Below, piece after piece: positions 1 through 12,083 of a DNA stretch of 64,000 nt. The translations under genes were made by a program, and so were the position numbers. Under the pieces are notes generated by a model. It did not search any database, was not told the DNA's origin, and saw only the letters and a list, made by a program, of their open reading frames with translations. The stretch covers positions 1,798,001-1,862,000 of the forward strand of contig AP026162.1 in assembly GCA_030295235.1 (NCBI GenBank), written 5' to 3'. The stretch comes from Fistulifera solaris (Eukaryota). The stretch's first letter is position 1, and each line of letters opens with the position of its first letter.

Positions 1-2
1 AT

Positions 3-1391
3 GTAGCCCAAGAAAAGCAACTGGAGATGCAACTACAGAAAGAAGTGGAGAAGAATCGATTACTCAAGAATGAGAAACTTTTGTACAGATCATTGACCAC
101 GTTTTGTCGCGGTGTTCCCATACGGTCGTCCCGGATGGCCTGGCGCTATTTGAATACAGAAGCGACTCAATGTGCCGCAATGTATGCTGCATCTGTCGCG
201 CTACGTAAGAGCATAGCAGTTGGTGAAAAGGCGGCTTCAAAAAGGGTCGCTCGTCAGGTCCAGCAAGAAAGACAGGATTTTGAAGCAGAACTAGGTCTCG
301 TGATGAAGATAATTGATCTTTCGCCACAAGGATCGAGTAGTAACGACGGAAAGAGAATCTTGGAATTAGCTCACGAACGCGCTGGAAAATGGGATCTAGC
401 TCTAGCCAAAGTACTTCTCGAAAAAGTTGGCTTCACTGACACGGGAATGCAGCTGCCAGAACTCTCTCGAGACCTTGAATCGATTCGCAAGTATGCCTGT
501 GGTTTACATGACAACTTGGATCGCTGCATTCGTTCCTTACACCAACTTCGCAAGGCATGCCTTGGTGGACGACAAGTCAACAAACAGAGAGGCCCTTTGG
601 AGACTGCCAGAAATGAGTTTTTCAGCGAGCTTGCCAACCTGTTCAGTGGAACTTTTGTCAATGTCGACAAGCGATATTCAGAGCAACGAAAACAAGTTCT
701 CAGCCAGGCTGGGATAGATACAAGCGACTCTTTTCAATGGAAAAGATTATGTCCGTCATCCCAGCAGAACGGAAGGGCAACATTCACACAGGGCAGTGCA
801 GCTGATCTTATTAATGCGTACTTCGTCGAACGTGATTCTAAAATTGGTTGGATTTTTGACCAGCTGGCCCAGCTCTTACAAGACTATTTTAAACAAGTGG
901 AGGTGATCGAGAACTTCGTCTATATGAATTATGTTGGAACTGAATTGGAGAGCTTTTTAAAGTCTAAACGGGCGGAGATGCTGTTCGCTTTTGAGAAGAA
1001 GACGGACGTAACAGCGGCAATCAATGTCGCCATGAAGAAGAGACTTCCTCATCTCGTATCCGAGTTACAAGTAAAGCTAGACGGATTCGGCCCTGACGTC
1101 TCGCAGACAAAATTGAAAGAGATGAAGGCATCTCATCTGGCGAGCAAAGAGATCAAAGCTGAATTGCACGAGCTTTCATTGAGGCGTTTCGTTCGTTCTC
1201 GAGAAGCGTCGACCGAGAAAGTTATTTCGTTAATTAAATTTCTTTCAAGAGAAGTTGAAAACACTTCGACTCAGGAACTAAAAGCGTTAGGGGAAGCAAT
1301 GGCAGTTCTCGAACGAAGTATTGACAAAGAAGATTTTGATACCGTCGTATATAAGCTTTCGAAGAAAAGCCTGAAGGCTGAGATGACATAA
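3..1391 (+). CDS. 3' part of an unknown helical protein, open to the window edge
   Basis: Frame is open from nt 3 to TAA at 1389-1391 (>454 aa); no recognisable motif. Confidence 0.7.
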   Translation, partial: VAQEKQLEMQLQKEVEKNRLLKNEKLLYRSLTTFCRGVPIRSSRMAWRYLNTEATQCAAMYAASVALRKSIAVGEKAASKRVARQVQQERQDFEAELGLVMKIIDLSPQGSSSNDGKRILELAHERAGKWDLALAKVLLEKVGFTDTGMQLPELSRDLESIRKYACGLHDNLDRCIRSLHQLRKACLGGRQVNKQRGPLETARNEFFSELANLFSGTFVNVDKRYSEQRKQVLSQAGIDTSDSFQWKRLCPSSQQNGRATFTQGSAADLINAYFVERDSKIGWIFDQLAQLLQDYFKQVEVIENFVYMNYVGTELESFLKSKRAEMLFAFEKKTDVTAAINVAMKKRLPHLVSELQVKLDGFGPDVSQTKLKEMKASHLASKEIKAELHELSLRRFVRSREASTEKVISLIKFLSREVENTSTQELKALGEAMAVLERSIDKEDFDTVVYKLSKKSLKAEMT

Positions 1392-1471
1392 AGCATTATA
1401 AAATCAAAGATCATTTGTGATTACTTAGTTTCAATAACATGTAAAGTGTGGTGATTATAGCAGTACATTAC

Positions 1472-3196
1472 TTAACGGGACAGTGGGGAGAAGCGCCTTA
1501 TTAGATCCACGACCCGAAGAGGTACATCTGCATCAGAACGGGCGCTTCCCTTGCTTCGCATAGACTCGTTATCTGAGCTGTACGGGTCTACATCCACGTG
1601 GGCAGGGGCCAAAGGGTCGTGATGATAGATTGAGTCCTCATCATGCACTGCTTCGCCAAGCCTGATCATGTGCTCGTACGACGACAAGTCTCCCAGCTGA
1701 TGTTCTAATGTATCTTCCCCAAATTCCATACTGTGCCCGCCTTCAGAAGCACAATCTTCCGTACCAGCTTTCGTCGATATTCCCCACATGGACTGAGTGT
1801 CGTCGCACATGTGAGTTTGGTGAATGTTGTTTCCGACTCCAGAAGATGAGTACATAGTAGCTCCCCCAATGTATGTCTCTCCGGCCACAGTAATGTGCTG
1901 TCCATCAAAGGTCAATTTGTCCAGATCAACATAGGAACTGCGCTTTCGGTAAAAAGCGACTCCAATTAGAAGTGCAATGAAAGCACCTGCACTTGCCGAT
2001 GCCCCGATCGCCACGTTGGATTTCCTAGCAACAGCATCATCACTTTTGGAATTGAATCATAAACATCCGAAGTCGTAGAAAAATATTGTCTTCTGGTAAC
2101 TGTTTCAACAAATCTAAGTATGTTCTTAGATTCTCCCCGGAGAAGGCGAGTGTCGTGAGAAGATCCATTTCTCCTGCAGTTGGTAATGGATCCGTACCAG
2201 CGACGAAGAAGGCTGTAGATTCGAAGCCAATCTGATAGGAAGACGGCGGCTCTGCCGGCTCAGAGGACGATTTCTTGGTATCTAATTCCTTCAATTCGTC
2301 AAGACGTTGTTTACTAAAACCATTCAAGTAAGTCCTTGTGACAGTGACTGCTGCCTGCACATCGGAGTCCGACGGAACGTCATCGCTTTCAAACACGTAG
2401 GCTAGAACGAAGTCGGAAAGTTGCAGCGTCTCGCCAGCGGGTGTTGGGGCAACTGGGTAGAATGAGATATGGCAAAAAAATAGTTTGGGGAACAAGAATA
2501 GAGACTTACCTGACGGGCTTGCAGTAGGATCCGATGCCGCCGGCGGCGTCGGTGTTACATTTGGAGAATTTGATGATGGACTTGACGGTGAGGGGACGTT
2601 TACCGGAGATTGACTCAAAGAGGAGTGCGGAGAGGAGACAGGAGATAAAGTCTCGCCACCTTTCCCTTTACCGCTGATGTGACTTTTAGAGGAGTGGTGA
2701 TGTGAAGCGGAAGGTGCGTGTGTGTGTCCTTTCCCTTTTCCACTAACGTGATTCATATGACCTTTGCCGTGTTTCTTCTTTTTGAAAGAGTGACTAGATT
2801 TCGACTTTTTCTTCGAAGACAACTTATCTTTCTTTGAGGATTTCAATGACTTGGAACTGCTACTTTTTCCTTTTCCTTTGCCGCTGTCCTTACTCGACTT
2901 GCCTTTCCCTTTTCCTGAAGGTGGTTCCGATTCCGATACTTGTTCAGCATCATGAGAACTGCTGTAGTAATCCGTCAATGTAATGTCTTCTACCTCGTTA
3001 TCATGGTCACTTTGATACGAGTCTCTACGAAAAGATTAAAATCATCCAAAGGTTCACGAGCGTCTTCCGAAGATTGCATTCGCCGTTGCCCGCGATTCGA
3101 AAAGGATAACGTCCGTGTGGCATCGCCGTCTCCACGTAGGCGCAGAGTCCCATGCGCAAAGATCGTAATCCATATCAGTATCCTCATGGTTGTCAT
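1472..3196 (-). CDS. Type I membrane protein: signal peptide, K/S/G/H-rich silaffin-like segment, S/P linker, extracellular domain, TM helix, cytosolic tail
   Basis: Joins ORFs 2990-3298, 2040-2978 and 1472-2014 via homopolymer frameshifts and a GT-AG intron at about 2454-2509; MRILIWITIFAHG signal, KSSK/GKGKG repeats, AFIALLIGVAFYRKR TM. Confidence 0.7.
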
Positions 3197-3636
3197 TGAA
3201 GAGTTTCTTTGCTTGCTGGCCACTAGAAATTGCAAAGGCGCAACGGGAGTCTTGTTGTGATGAAGATGTAAAAATTTTGAATTATCATGGATTGCCAAAA
3301 ATGTGAGCTCAACGCTCGCACGACAAAGATCATCGATGTCGTATCACTACACAAATCCGTAATATAAAACCACATCACTTTAGTACTGTGAGGTTACAAG
3401 TAGATCCAGTCGAGTCCCATAAAGGATCTAGATACACATCGTAAAATCGTTAATCGCTAAACCATAGCGAAATTTCGCTGGAAAAGAAGTTCGCGACCAT
3501 CAAGTAGCTAGTTCAGTATAGAAGAAACCAACCGATATTTCTATTTCACTTTATTCTCTCCATCACCATTTCGACGGGAACCTTTCCGTCGTTTGGAAGA
3601 TAAGGTCCGCACAGCTTATGATATCTGGCAACACGT

Positions 3637-4323
3637 TTAAGAGCCGAAATTTATATCAGCATCCTCGAATTTGAATGTTCCAGCGTATTTAGACATAAAA
3701 TATGTCAAGAACTCGTTTATTGTACCACGAATACGGGGATCAATTTCATTCAGTCGAGGCGTTTCATCCTTCAAAGCAAGTCTCATATGATGCATCCATC
3801 TTTCTGCTCCTGCTTTTGTCATGATTTCCTTCGCTCTTGTCATTTCATGGTGAACGTTCATTCGTTGCTCACCTCCACTGTACAATGGACCGCTTCCAAA
3901 GCAGTCAAGATACATCGTCGTTTGCATGAAAATGTGATACTTTTTGGACGCTAATGCCGTAAAAATGTCTCGAAACCACGGAGCTTCCGAGTCGTCAAAG
4001 ACGCGTTCGTAAAAGTTTGTAACGAAAGAGAATACTGGGTCTCGCCCCATCAAATCGTAGAGCTGCCAAAAGTACAAACGGTCTTCTGGGTTGCGAGATG
4101 CGTGCAAAGATAAGATAGATTCGTCCTCCTTGCACGATGGCTCCATCAATCCCTTTTTGATCTGTATATCAAGGAAGTCATTGCGTGCGAGCTCGGTCAT
4201 CATTCCAAGTTTGGGAGGTTTTACTTTTGCGGCTTGGTTGCCAGACATTAGACAAGAATGTGGCTTAGCCCCGGCGGTTGCCAAAAGTCTGTCTTGATCT
4301 GTGCATTCCGCTGCTACAACCAT
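3637..4323 (-). CDS. Truncated (2/2) globin, group II-like
   Basis: LYDLMG..VTNFYERVFDD, GSGPLYSG, proximal His in NVHH, AERWMHHMRLAL. Confidence 0.8.
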   Translation of the reverse strand: MVVAAECTDQDRLLATAGAKPHSCLMSGNQAAKVKPPKLGMMTELARNDFLDIQIKKGLMEPSCKEDESILSLHASRNPEDRLYFWQLYDLMGRDPVFSFVTNFYERVFDDSEAPWFRDIFTALASKKYHIFMQTTMYLDCFGSGPLYSGGEQRMNVHHEMTRAKEIMTKAGAERWMHHMRLALKDETPRLNEIDPRIRGTINEFLTYFMSKYAGTFKFEDADINFGS

Positions 4324-4865
4324 TTTGTAAATCTTCTCTATGCGTTTAATGAAGCCGATATCTGTTCTTCCTTCTTTTTATGTTGTTGTTTGCGATCAAT
4401 GTGAGATGTGAGCAAATGAAAGGTTCGACTTCGAATTCAAGGTTCGTGTTTGTGTTTGGTGTTAAGGTGATCGGTGATCCTTTCCCAGAGAACTATTCGG
4501 GTTCTTTGGGTGTAGATTTTGTACATTAATGTATCGCGTTGAAATGTCGATGACACAGAGTTGGGCCTATAAGTGTACAGATAAAATAATAGTAATGTTT
4601 CTTTCATTGTGTCATTTCCCCTTCTGTCTTTCCGGTTTTGCCATGAGAAGCATTCCGGATTTTGCACCGAACAACCGCAGCGATCGTCGCGTTTTGGCAA
4701 TTATTCATTGCGTCGTTGTCGACCTTTGTTTGATATCGAACAATCATTCTATCGCTATCACGACAACAAGTCTTCTAGCCGTAATCTAACAGACGCTGAC
4801 AGGATTTTGCTGCTTGCTCGCTTAATAAACTTTTCCAAGAACAAGTAACGAATTTCGACGAAACG

Positions 4866-6212
4866 ATGTCGACGCGCTTCTCCTTCCGCAATGACACGGG
4901 ACCGCCGTCTGGAAATACAGCAGCTATCAGCTTATGGCAGAAATTCAGCTTGCTGCAGCAATCTATCGAAGAATGTATCAAGGATCGTAAGGAAATAGAT
5001 GCGAAAATCGATGCGAGTCAAATGCGACAAAGCGACCTACGTGAAATGCGACGTGAAAGCCTGCAAGGAACTCGAGAAGCGGAGCGCAAGCTTAGTGAGA
5101 TCGAAGAGAAATTAGCGGCTCTTCAGAATCATTACGACGTCGAAATACAGCCTGTGTATGCTTCCTCCCTTTCGGAGAAAAGAAACTCGGATATCAAAAT
5201 GAAACAGTGGAAAGAGTACAAGGCATTAGCCCTGCAACTTTTCTTGGACAGATCCGCCAATTTTCGTTCAAAGTGTAAGCGTCTCCAAATGGAAACTGAA
5301 TCTTTGGGTCTTGTACATGCAAAATGCCAGGCATGGGTGTATGTTTTAAGCTTTGATCGGGGCGATGACGCGGATGGTGTTACCTTTGATGACTTCACCG
5401 AACACAATGATCGAATTATTTGTCCTACTGACAACGATGAGTCAACAAGAGACAACCCTTTACTCTGGGATATTCCGAGAAACGATTACGAACTTTTGGA
5501 TTCAGCCGAAAAGTACAAGCAGGAATTGGATGTTTACGAGGTCTTTTGCAAAGAGCTGGACGCGTTGAAAGAAAGAAAAATCTGAATGTATTCAGCACGA
5601 GCAAACTCTTACAGAGCGGGCCAGTCTAATGCAAAAACAGTTGGATCGTATCTTAAGTGACTGCAACGGTTTGGAGTCGCAGATTGAGGACCAGCGCACA
5701 TCGCGGTCGCATCGAGGTACGTGCCTCTTGTCGGACCAGCCGCAATTCGTCTCGAGCCGCCCTAACCTTTTATCAGAACAATCCATTGCCATCTCTGACC
5801 GTTTCATACAGCATCAACAACATCAAGTAGAATCATTGCATGAACCATCGGTAAAGCGACCGCGAACAAATCCTTACTGTCAAAGCAAAACGAACCGATC
5901 AAATCTCCTAGCTTCAAAGCGTCGCAAAGCTCTGCGTTCTGTCGTACTCGGGACGACAACCGTACTTCCCGTTTCTTCACCTTTACGGTCAGAAGTTACA
6001 ACAAAGGGTACGACTTTTCTCGTTTTCAGCATAGTCATGACGATACGGCGAATAATTGTGAGGTCCCATCTTTACGGAATGCGCATGATGCTGAAGATAC
6101 TCGAATTGAAGAGAAAGGCTCTGAACGTAGCAGCGCGCATTATCATGCAAGTGCTGCTATCGATGACGACGACGATGATGATCTTTTCTCTTTTGTTGGT
6201 CTACGCAAGTAG
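4866..6212 (+). CDS. Coiled-coil protein of unknown function, split by frameshifts
   Basis: ORFs 4866-5585 and 5629 onward are contiguous; the acidic end DDDDDLFSFVGLRK stops at TAG 6210-6212. Confidence 0.6.
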
Positions 6213-7573
6213 TTCTGTTCGCCTTACCAGTATCATTCTTTCAAGCTAGCACATAAAAAACGATTATCTATTTAAAGGTGCGGGATAGACCTAAACTAAG
6301 AAATTTTTAGTGCTCTAGATTTGGAATCTCCATGAACCGGAAACGTCAGTACCTGGTATGGTATTGTTTTCGAGACAAAAAAGTGTTTGTGTTGTGAACA
6401 TGACACATGACCACTTTGCTAAAGTACACCGAGATAGCGAGGAATTCGCGAGCGAACAACGATGACTTAACGCAATTTTTGTTCGTCGTACAGTAGACTA
6501 GTAGGTCGTATCTCGCACCCTGTCGCCAAGCCTGCTGCTAACTGCTAAGCATGTTACTCGTAGCAATCAGAAGCCAGAGAAGAGAAAAGCTGGACGACAA
6601 GCAAGAGATTGCTAGTCTAACGTCTAACCACTAAGGCAATGAAATGCATAGACAACAAAATAACTAGAGCGTCTGTCGTCTCTAGCTAGTGACACTCTTG
6701 ACTCCTTTTCAATCCTAACGCCTTTCGCTATAGCCTGGCTAAAGCTATAGGCTATAGGCGTTATGTTTTAATGGCTCGTCGTTCGTGGGTGAAAGTGAAG
6801 TCCTTCTCTGAATTTTGACTCTCTTTTCGGGCTTGCCATTTAGATCAAGGACTTAAGTTCGTGCTTCCAGATACACCTCTCTACGTTCTACGGTGGAGCT
6901 TCTAGCTAGAGAGCGAGTCTTTACCTTCTCCATAGCCACTCAGGACTCCGACCTCCGACTCCAACACTCGAAAAGGCCCAAATAATCGAGAGAAGAGAGA
7001 TTCTTCGTCATAATTGCCAGGTAATAAAGACTCACGAACACACAATACACGATGAACAATGCACAATGACCCTTTTCTAAGACCATGACTACAGTCTACA
7101 GTACAGTCAACTGGTAACTGGTACAATTCAATGAGTATTGCCCGCTCATCGTTCCATCGTTCCTCGCCACTCTCCACTCTCCACTCGCAACTCGCAACCG
7201 CCAACACCAATCACAATCACCGGTCGCCGCTCTTCTTTCAGCTTCAAACTAGCTTTCCCAGCGAAATTTCTTGAGAAATACATAGGCAAAGGCGCGTCGC
7301 ACGAAGCGCAAATGACTCGATACAAGATCATAATACAGGAACTGCAACATGATGATTAAGACGCTTGCTCCTCGGTAATTCTAGTCGTGCAATGAGCTAT
7401 GGCTGTGGTGGCTGGTGGCTGTGACTATGCCTGTGCAGGATACCGCCACATCTTTCTCATCATTTCTTTCGGAGTAGTTTCATAGTGAGCGCTTTACCGA
7501 CTGCCCACAAAATTCGCTTGAATAAAAAGACTCCTCACAAGATATTTCATTCGACTGAGGCCGGCCAAGAACT

Positions 7574-8206
7574 GTGAGAAATAGCATGCGTTCAATAGCC
7601 TATCAAGATGAGCGATCTGTTGGTTCATCCTTTACTGTTGACAAAGCCGTAAAGGAAAGTCTTTTGTCAACTAAATGTGATCCTTCGCAGCCACATCGTG
7701 TGAGATTCGTCGATACTGTTGCTGTAGCTGAATTTAAAAAGTATCCTATTTCGATGCATGAGCTTATATGGTACACACAAGATGATTACGATATGATAAA
7801 AGCTCGCAATTCATTCATTTTGTCCATGGTGAAACAAGGCACTTTCAAAGAAAGTGACAAACATTCATTCCGAGGCCTCGAATACAAGCTACGCGAAGGA
7901 TACAAGCAACGGAAATGGAACAAGATTACATCGATCCTAGCCGTTCTTGACGAACAAGAACAGCAGCTAAGCCAGAACACTCGCAACCCTGAAGCCATCG
8001 CAGACGTTTACAGGGATGCGGCTGAAAGTGCCAAAGAGTCTGCCCGGATCATAGGAGAAAGAGATTCGCTTATCGACCATTCGCCAACAGCCACGGCCAC
8101 TGTGTTTCAGAGGTGTAAGTCGACACCAGAAGATACTTCAATGCCAATAAGAAATGCCCAGAATGTTTCCGCATTCGATCGTATCCGTAACCGAAACGTT
8201 GCTTAA
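7574..8206 (+). CDS. Diatom-typical uncharacterised protein (VRF..WY...RGLE...AVLDEQ family)
   Basis: 210-aa ORF with RVRF, IWYTQDDY, FRGLE, AVLDEQ and PEAIADVY motifs. Confidence 0.75.
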   Translation: MRNSMRSIAYQDERSVGSSFTVDKAVKESLLSTKCDPSQPHRVRFVDTVAVAEFKKYPISMHELIWYTQDDYDMIKARNSFILSMVKQGTFKESDKHSFRGLEYKLREGYKQRKWNKITSILAVLDEQEQQLSQNTRNPEAIADVYRDAAESAKESARIIGERDSLIDHSPTATATVFQRCKSTPEDTSMPIRNAQNVSAFDRIRNRNVA

Positions 8207-8495
8207 AACACACTTGTGAGTCAATGCTTTGAACATGAACGGATCGCTTAGACTCGTATTAAATATAAATTTTTCTTTCGATTTTGAACGTTTACTTCAT
8301 CTTCATTGTATGCAAAATCCAAGTTTTTCTGTTGCAAATAATTTCAAACTAAACGAAGTCAAGGTGACTGAAACTCGCTTTTCGTCATCATTATTTGAGA
8401 AAAAATATGTCAATCAAAAGACGATGCGTATCAACCCTAAGTTTCACAAAATGAGTAACACTTTGACTCGAACAGAGGTTGCTTCTAGCCGAGCA

Positions 8496-9463
8496 CTATC
8501 GAACAACACTTTCCTTGATTCCCAGCTTTTCCAAGTCTACATCCCATAGTATTCGACGTTCTCCTTCAAAGTCCTGAGAAACGGCATATCTCGCGAGACA
8601 CTTATTGCTGTGTTGTACCACCCAATGACTTGCCACCACTTCGTCCGAACTGCAGTTGAAGGGACTACTTGCCTGACCAGCGTCTAATGTAAGCTCGGCC
8701 CAAAGAGATTTTGCCGATGAAGTGATGCAGAAGGAAAGCGGACACATAGGTGCAGTGAAAGTTACGGCAGTCATTACAGCAGGTTGGGTTGCTTCTTGGT
8801 TTCTTTTTTGTTTCGTCAGGCAGTTTGCCGTGTCAATGAGAGTGGCCACTGCGACGAAAGATGAGTGAAACATTTTTAAAAAAAGATCGGAAGACTTTCC
8901 TCTACAAAACGGAACTTACTCAATAATGATTGCCGCGCTCGTATTTGTATAGGCGTTGGAGATTGTGACTCTTCTTGCGCAAATGAAGTGATGCAATCTA
9001 AGCCGTCGAGAAGCAATGCGTAGGGCTGCTCGTGCCATCCTGCACCTTGTATCTTCCAGAGCTGCTGCTGTAAGTCACGAGGGTTCGCTATACGTCGTAT
9101 ATGTATCCGTTTGAGTGTTTGCTTGTCAAATGATCGCGTTTTATCTCCTGGTTGCTGCTGACATTGTAACGGGAACTCTTCTTGCGCCAGCGGAAGAAAG
9201 AGTACAACGGCGAGACAAGAACAAGGACGATCACCAACACACCGACAAGGAGCCCTCGCCGCAAGATCACAAGCTAGATCCATGAGCAGACTTGATCGCC
9301 CTGACTTGCTCGGTCCTTGAATGATCAAGTGACGGCAAGACAAATGATCTGTTAGCGTCGACAGCAATGAACCGGGGGGAGTAACGGTCCGTTCAAGGTG
9401 CTGGGTCTCCGCGTTTGGTTGCAACAGACTGTGCCCGACGAGAGTATTTTCGAAATCGACCAT
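8496..9463 (-). CDS. RecA-fold P-loop protein, SWSAP1-like
   Basis: HLIIQGPSKSGRSSLL (Walker A-like, R in place of K), LLLDGLD Walker B; intron 8849-8919 (GTAAGT..CAG) joins the two ORFs. Confidence 0.6.
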
Positions 9464-9617
9464 TTTACTTCTCTAATTGCTATGTAAATGGCGAAATTCA
9501 GCGCCCATGATGTATGAGCAAGGTTTATTTGGCGAAAAATGCAAATGCAAATGTGTAAAAGTTCGACGCATCGTCCACACGGGAAAATTTCGAAACGAAG
9601 CGCCAAGACGTAAAACC

Positions 9618-10772
9618 GTGGTTTTGTGTAAGCCAGAAAATCTGTTTGACTGGTCCAGAAATTCTGGACCTGTTGTTTCGAGGCAAAAACAGACAATTTT
9701 CGTGCACGTTCCAGATATTCTAAAATCAACGTTTTGGATATTTAAAAATTATGTGAACATTCCTGTTATTCGGGAACTAGTGTTTTGACAATTACAGCCA
9801 GTTTGAGCAAATTCCAGAAATTCTGGAATACGTGGTTTTCTGTCAGCCAGAGATTCTGTTTGTCTGGTCCAGAAATTCTGGACCGGTGTTTCGAGTCAAC
9901 AACAGACATTTTGTGCACGTTCCAGATAATCTGGAATCAATGCTTTGGATCACATTAAAAATTTTTGTGGACAGTCCTGTTATTCGGGAACTAGTGTTTT
10001 GACAATTACAGCCAGTTTGAGCAAATTCCAGAAATTCTGGAATTTGTAGTCTTGTGTCATCCAGAAATTCTGTTTGACTGGTCCAGAAATTCTGGACCTG
10101 TTGTTTCGAGTCAAAAAACAGACATTTCGTGCACGTTCCAGATATTCCGAAATCAATGTTTTGAATCATATAAAAGTTTTGTGGACATTCCTGTTATTCG
10201 GGAGCTAGACTAGTGTTTGACAATTACAGTCAGTTTGAGCAAATTCCAGAAAATGTGGAATCCGTAGTCTTGTGTCATCCAGAAATTCTGTTTGACTGGT
10301 CCAGAAATTCTGGACCTGTTGTTTCGAGTCAAAAAACAGACATTTCGTGCACGTTCCAGATATTCTAAAATCAATGTTTTGAATCATATAAAAGTTTTGT
10401 GGACATTCCTGTTATTCGGGAACTAGACTAGTGTTTGACAATTACAGTCAGTTTGAGCAAATTCCAGAAAATGTGGAATCCGTAGTCTTGTGTCATCCAG
10501 AAATTCTGTTTGACTGGTCCAGAAATTCTGGACCTGTTGTTTCGAGTCAAAAAACAGACATTTCGTGCACGTTCCAGATATTCTAAAATCAATGTTTTGA
10601 ATCATATAAAAGTTTTGTGGACATTCCTGTTATTCGGGAACTAGACTAGTGTTTGACAATTACAGTCAGTTTGAGCAAATTCCAGAAATTCTGGAATCCG
10701 CGGTTTGGTGTCAGCCAGAAATTCTGTTAGTCTGGTCCAGAAATTCTGGAACGGTTGTTTCGAGTCAAACAC
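9618..10772. repeat. Tandem array, 213-218 bp unit, about 5.3 copies, with GGTCCAGAAATTCTGGACC palindrome
   Basis: Unit starts at about 9618, 9831, 10045, 10263, 10481 and 10699; identical spurious ORFs are offset by 218 bp. Confidence 0.95.
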
Positions 10773-10795
10773 TGTTTTTGCTTAGCGTGTGTGCA

Positions 10796-11953
10796 CTAGG
10801 GTTGCCGATTCGAAGATGGGGGCGACGAATGAATGCGTTCCCGTATTTGCAGTTTTGTTCGAATTGGCGACGAATGAATGCGTTCCCGTATTATTTGCAG
10901 TTGTGCTTCCCCTGTATAGTCCGATGACGCCGCCGCACATTGAAAAATATCTTCCGGAACTGATTGTTGTGTATATACGTAGCCATTGCACTGATCAACT
11001 TTGGCCAGGGACCGCCCCACAAAGGTGGCATCCTGTTTATCCAACGGTATGAAACTCAATAATCCGAAATCCTCGACAACTTCTGCCCTGACTTCGTGCA
11101 ATTTGGTATATTGGCGATTCAGTTTGGATTGTTTCCGACGTTGACGCGCTGCTTGATAATCGGGAAATTCTTAGATGGCGTTTTGTCTCTCATCGTCTCC
11201 ACCGTTATCATAATCTTCTTCGTCTCCATTCTTGTGAATGTTCGTTTGATCGAGAAATGGAATCAATCGCTCCAAATCAAAACATTCTGTAAAAAACTCC
11301 CATGGCGTAGGTAAATCATTGCCTCGCAACAAATCCATTTCCGTCCATACGCCCACCGTAGGTAACTACATCCGCAACAGCGTCGTTGTCGCAACTCCCA
11401 AGTAATGCCGCCGACAGGAAGGACGACGCCTGATAAACATTACATTGCGAATCGATGAGTTGCACCAAAGTCAATCGTAAATTCAGCTGTTTCTGCAACC
11501 CGACAACAATTTTTGAACACACGTCGAATGCGTATACGATTCAACCTGTCCCGGAAAATCCAATAACAACTACAAAGGAGCATTCTTCGTTTTCGATTCG
11601 CTCTCTTGCCGTTAATGTTGTCGATTCCGTACACTATTCACAATATCTGTGACATGTTCCTCCATATATTCCATGCAACACATCAATCCACCGTTCGGTT
11701 CTAGTTCCATTTCGTCCATTACAACTGATAAATCTACCATGTCGTGTCGTACATGAAATACAAAGTACTGTTTCATACAAATCGCCCGGATCGTTCGCCG
11801 GATCCATGTTCATCGCCCACGCATTGCGTTGCAGCAGACGCAAATATTTTTGCATACCGTTGCCATACCATTGAAATACGTCGTTTTTCCCGCCCCAGAA
11901 GGACCCACCACGACTTGTCCGTAGAGTACAGCGTTCTTGGAAGAACCCGTCAT
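10796..11953 (-). pseudogene. GPN2: GPN-loop GTPase 2 pseudogene
   Basis: Reconstruction: MTGSSKNAVLYGQVVVGPSGAGKTTY..NGM..NMDPAND..LEPNGGL..LLDFPGQVE..LNLRLTLVQLIDS..EVVEDFGLLSFIPLD..KVDQCNGY. It has 4 in-frame stops, several frameshifts and GPN changed to EPN. Confidence 0.9.
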
Positions 11954-12083
11954 ATTCGGTTCATGCGTGTGCGCCTGATTGATGAAGCAAATGCTTAGAG
12001 CAGTCTCGATTTGCTGCGGAAAAGTGACTGCTGCGATAGATGCGCAAGATCCAGATCTCTAAGAGTTTGTTTAAAAAGCAAGC

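Noticed and set aside
7165..7205. 7-bp repeats (CCACTCT/CAACTCG) and surrounding ORFs
   Set aside because: Short low-complexity promoter-type sequence; the ORFs lack coding features.
9843..10605. Repeated 60-108 aa ORFs (MIQNIDF..)
   Set aside because: Translations of the 218-bp unit, with alternative starts and no protein features.
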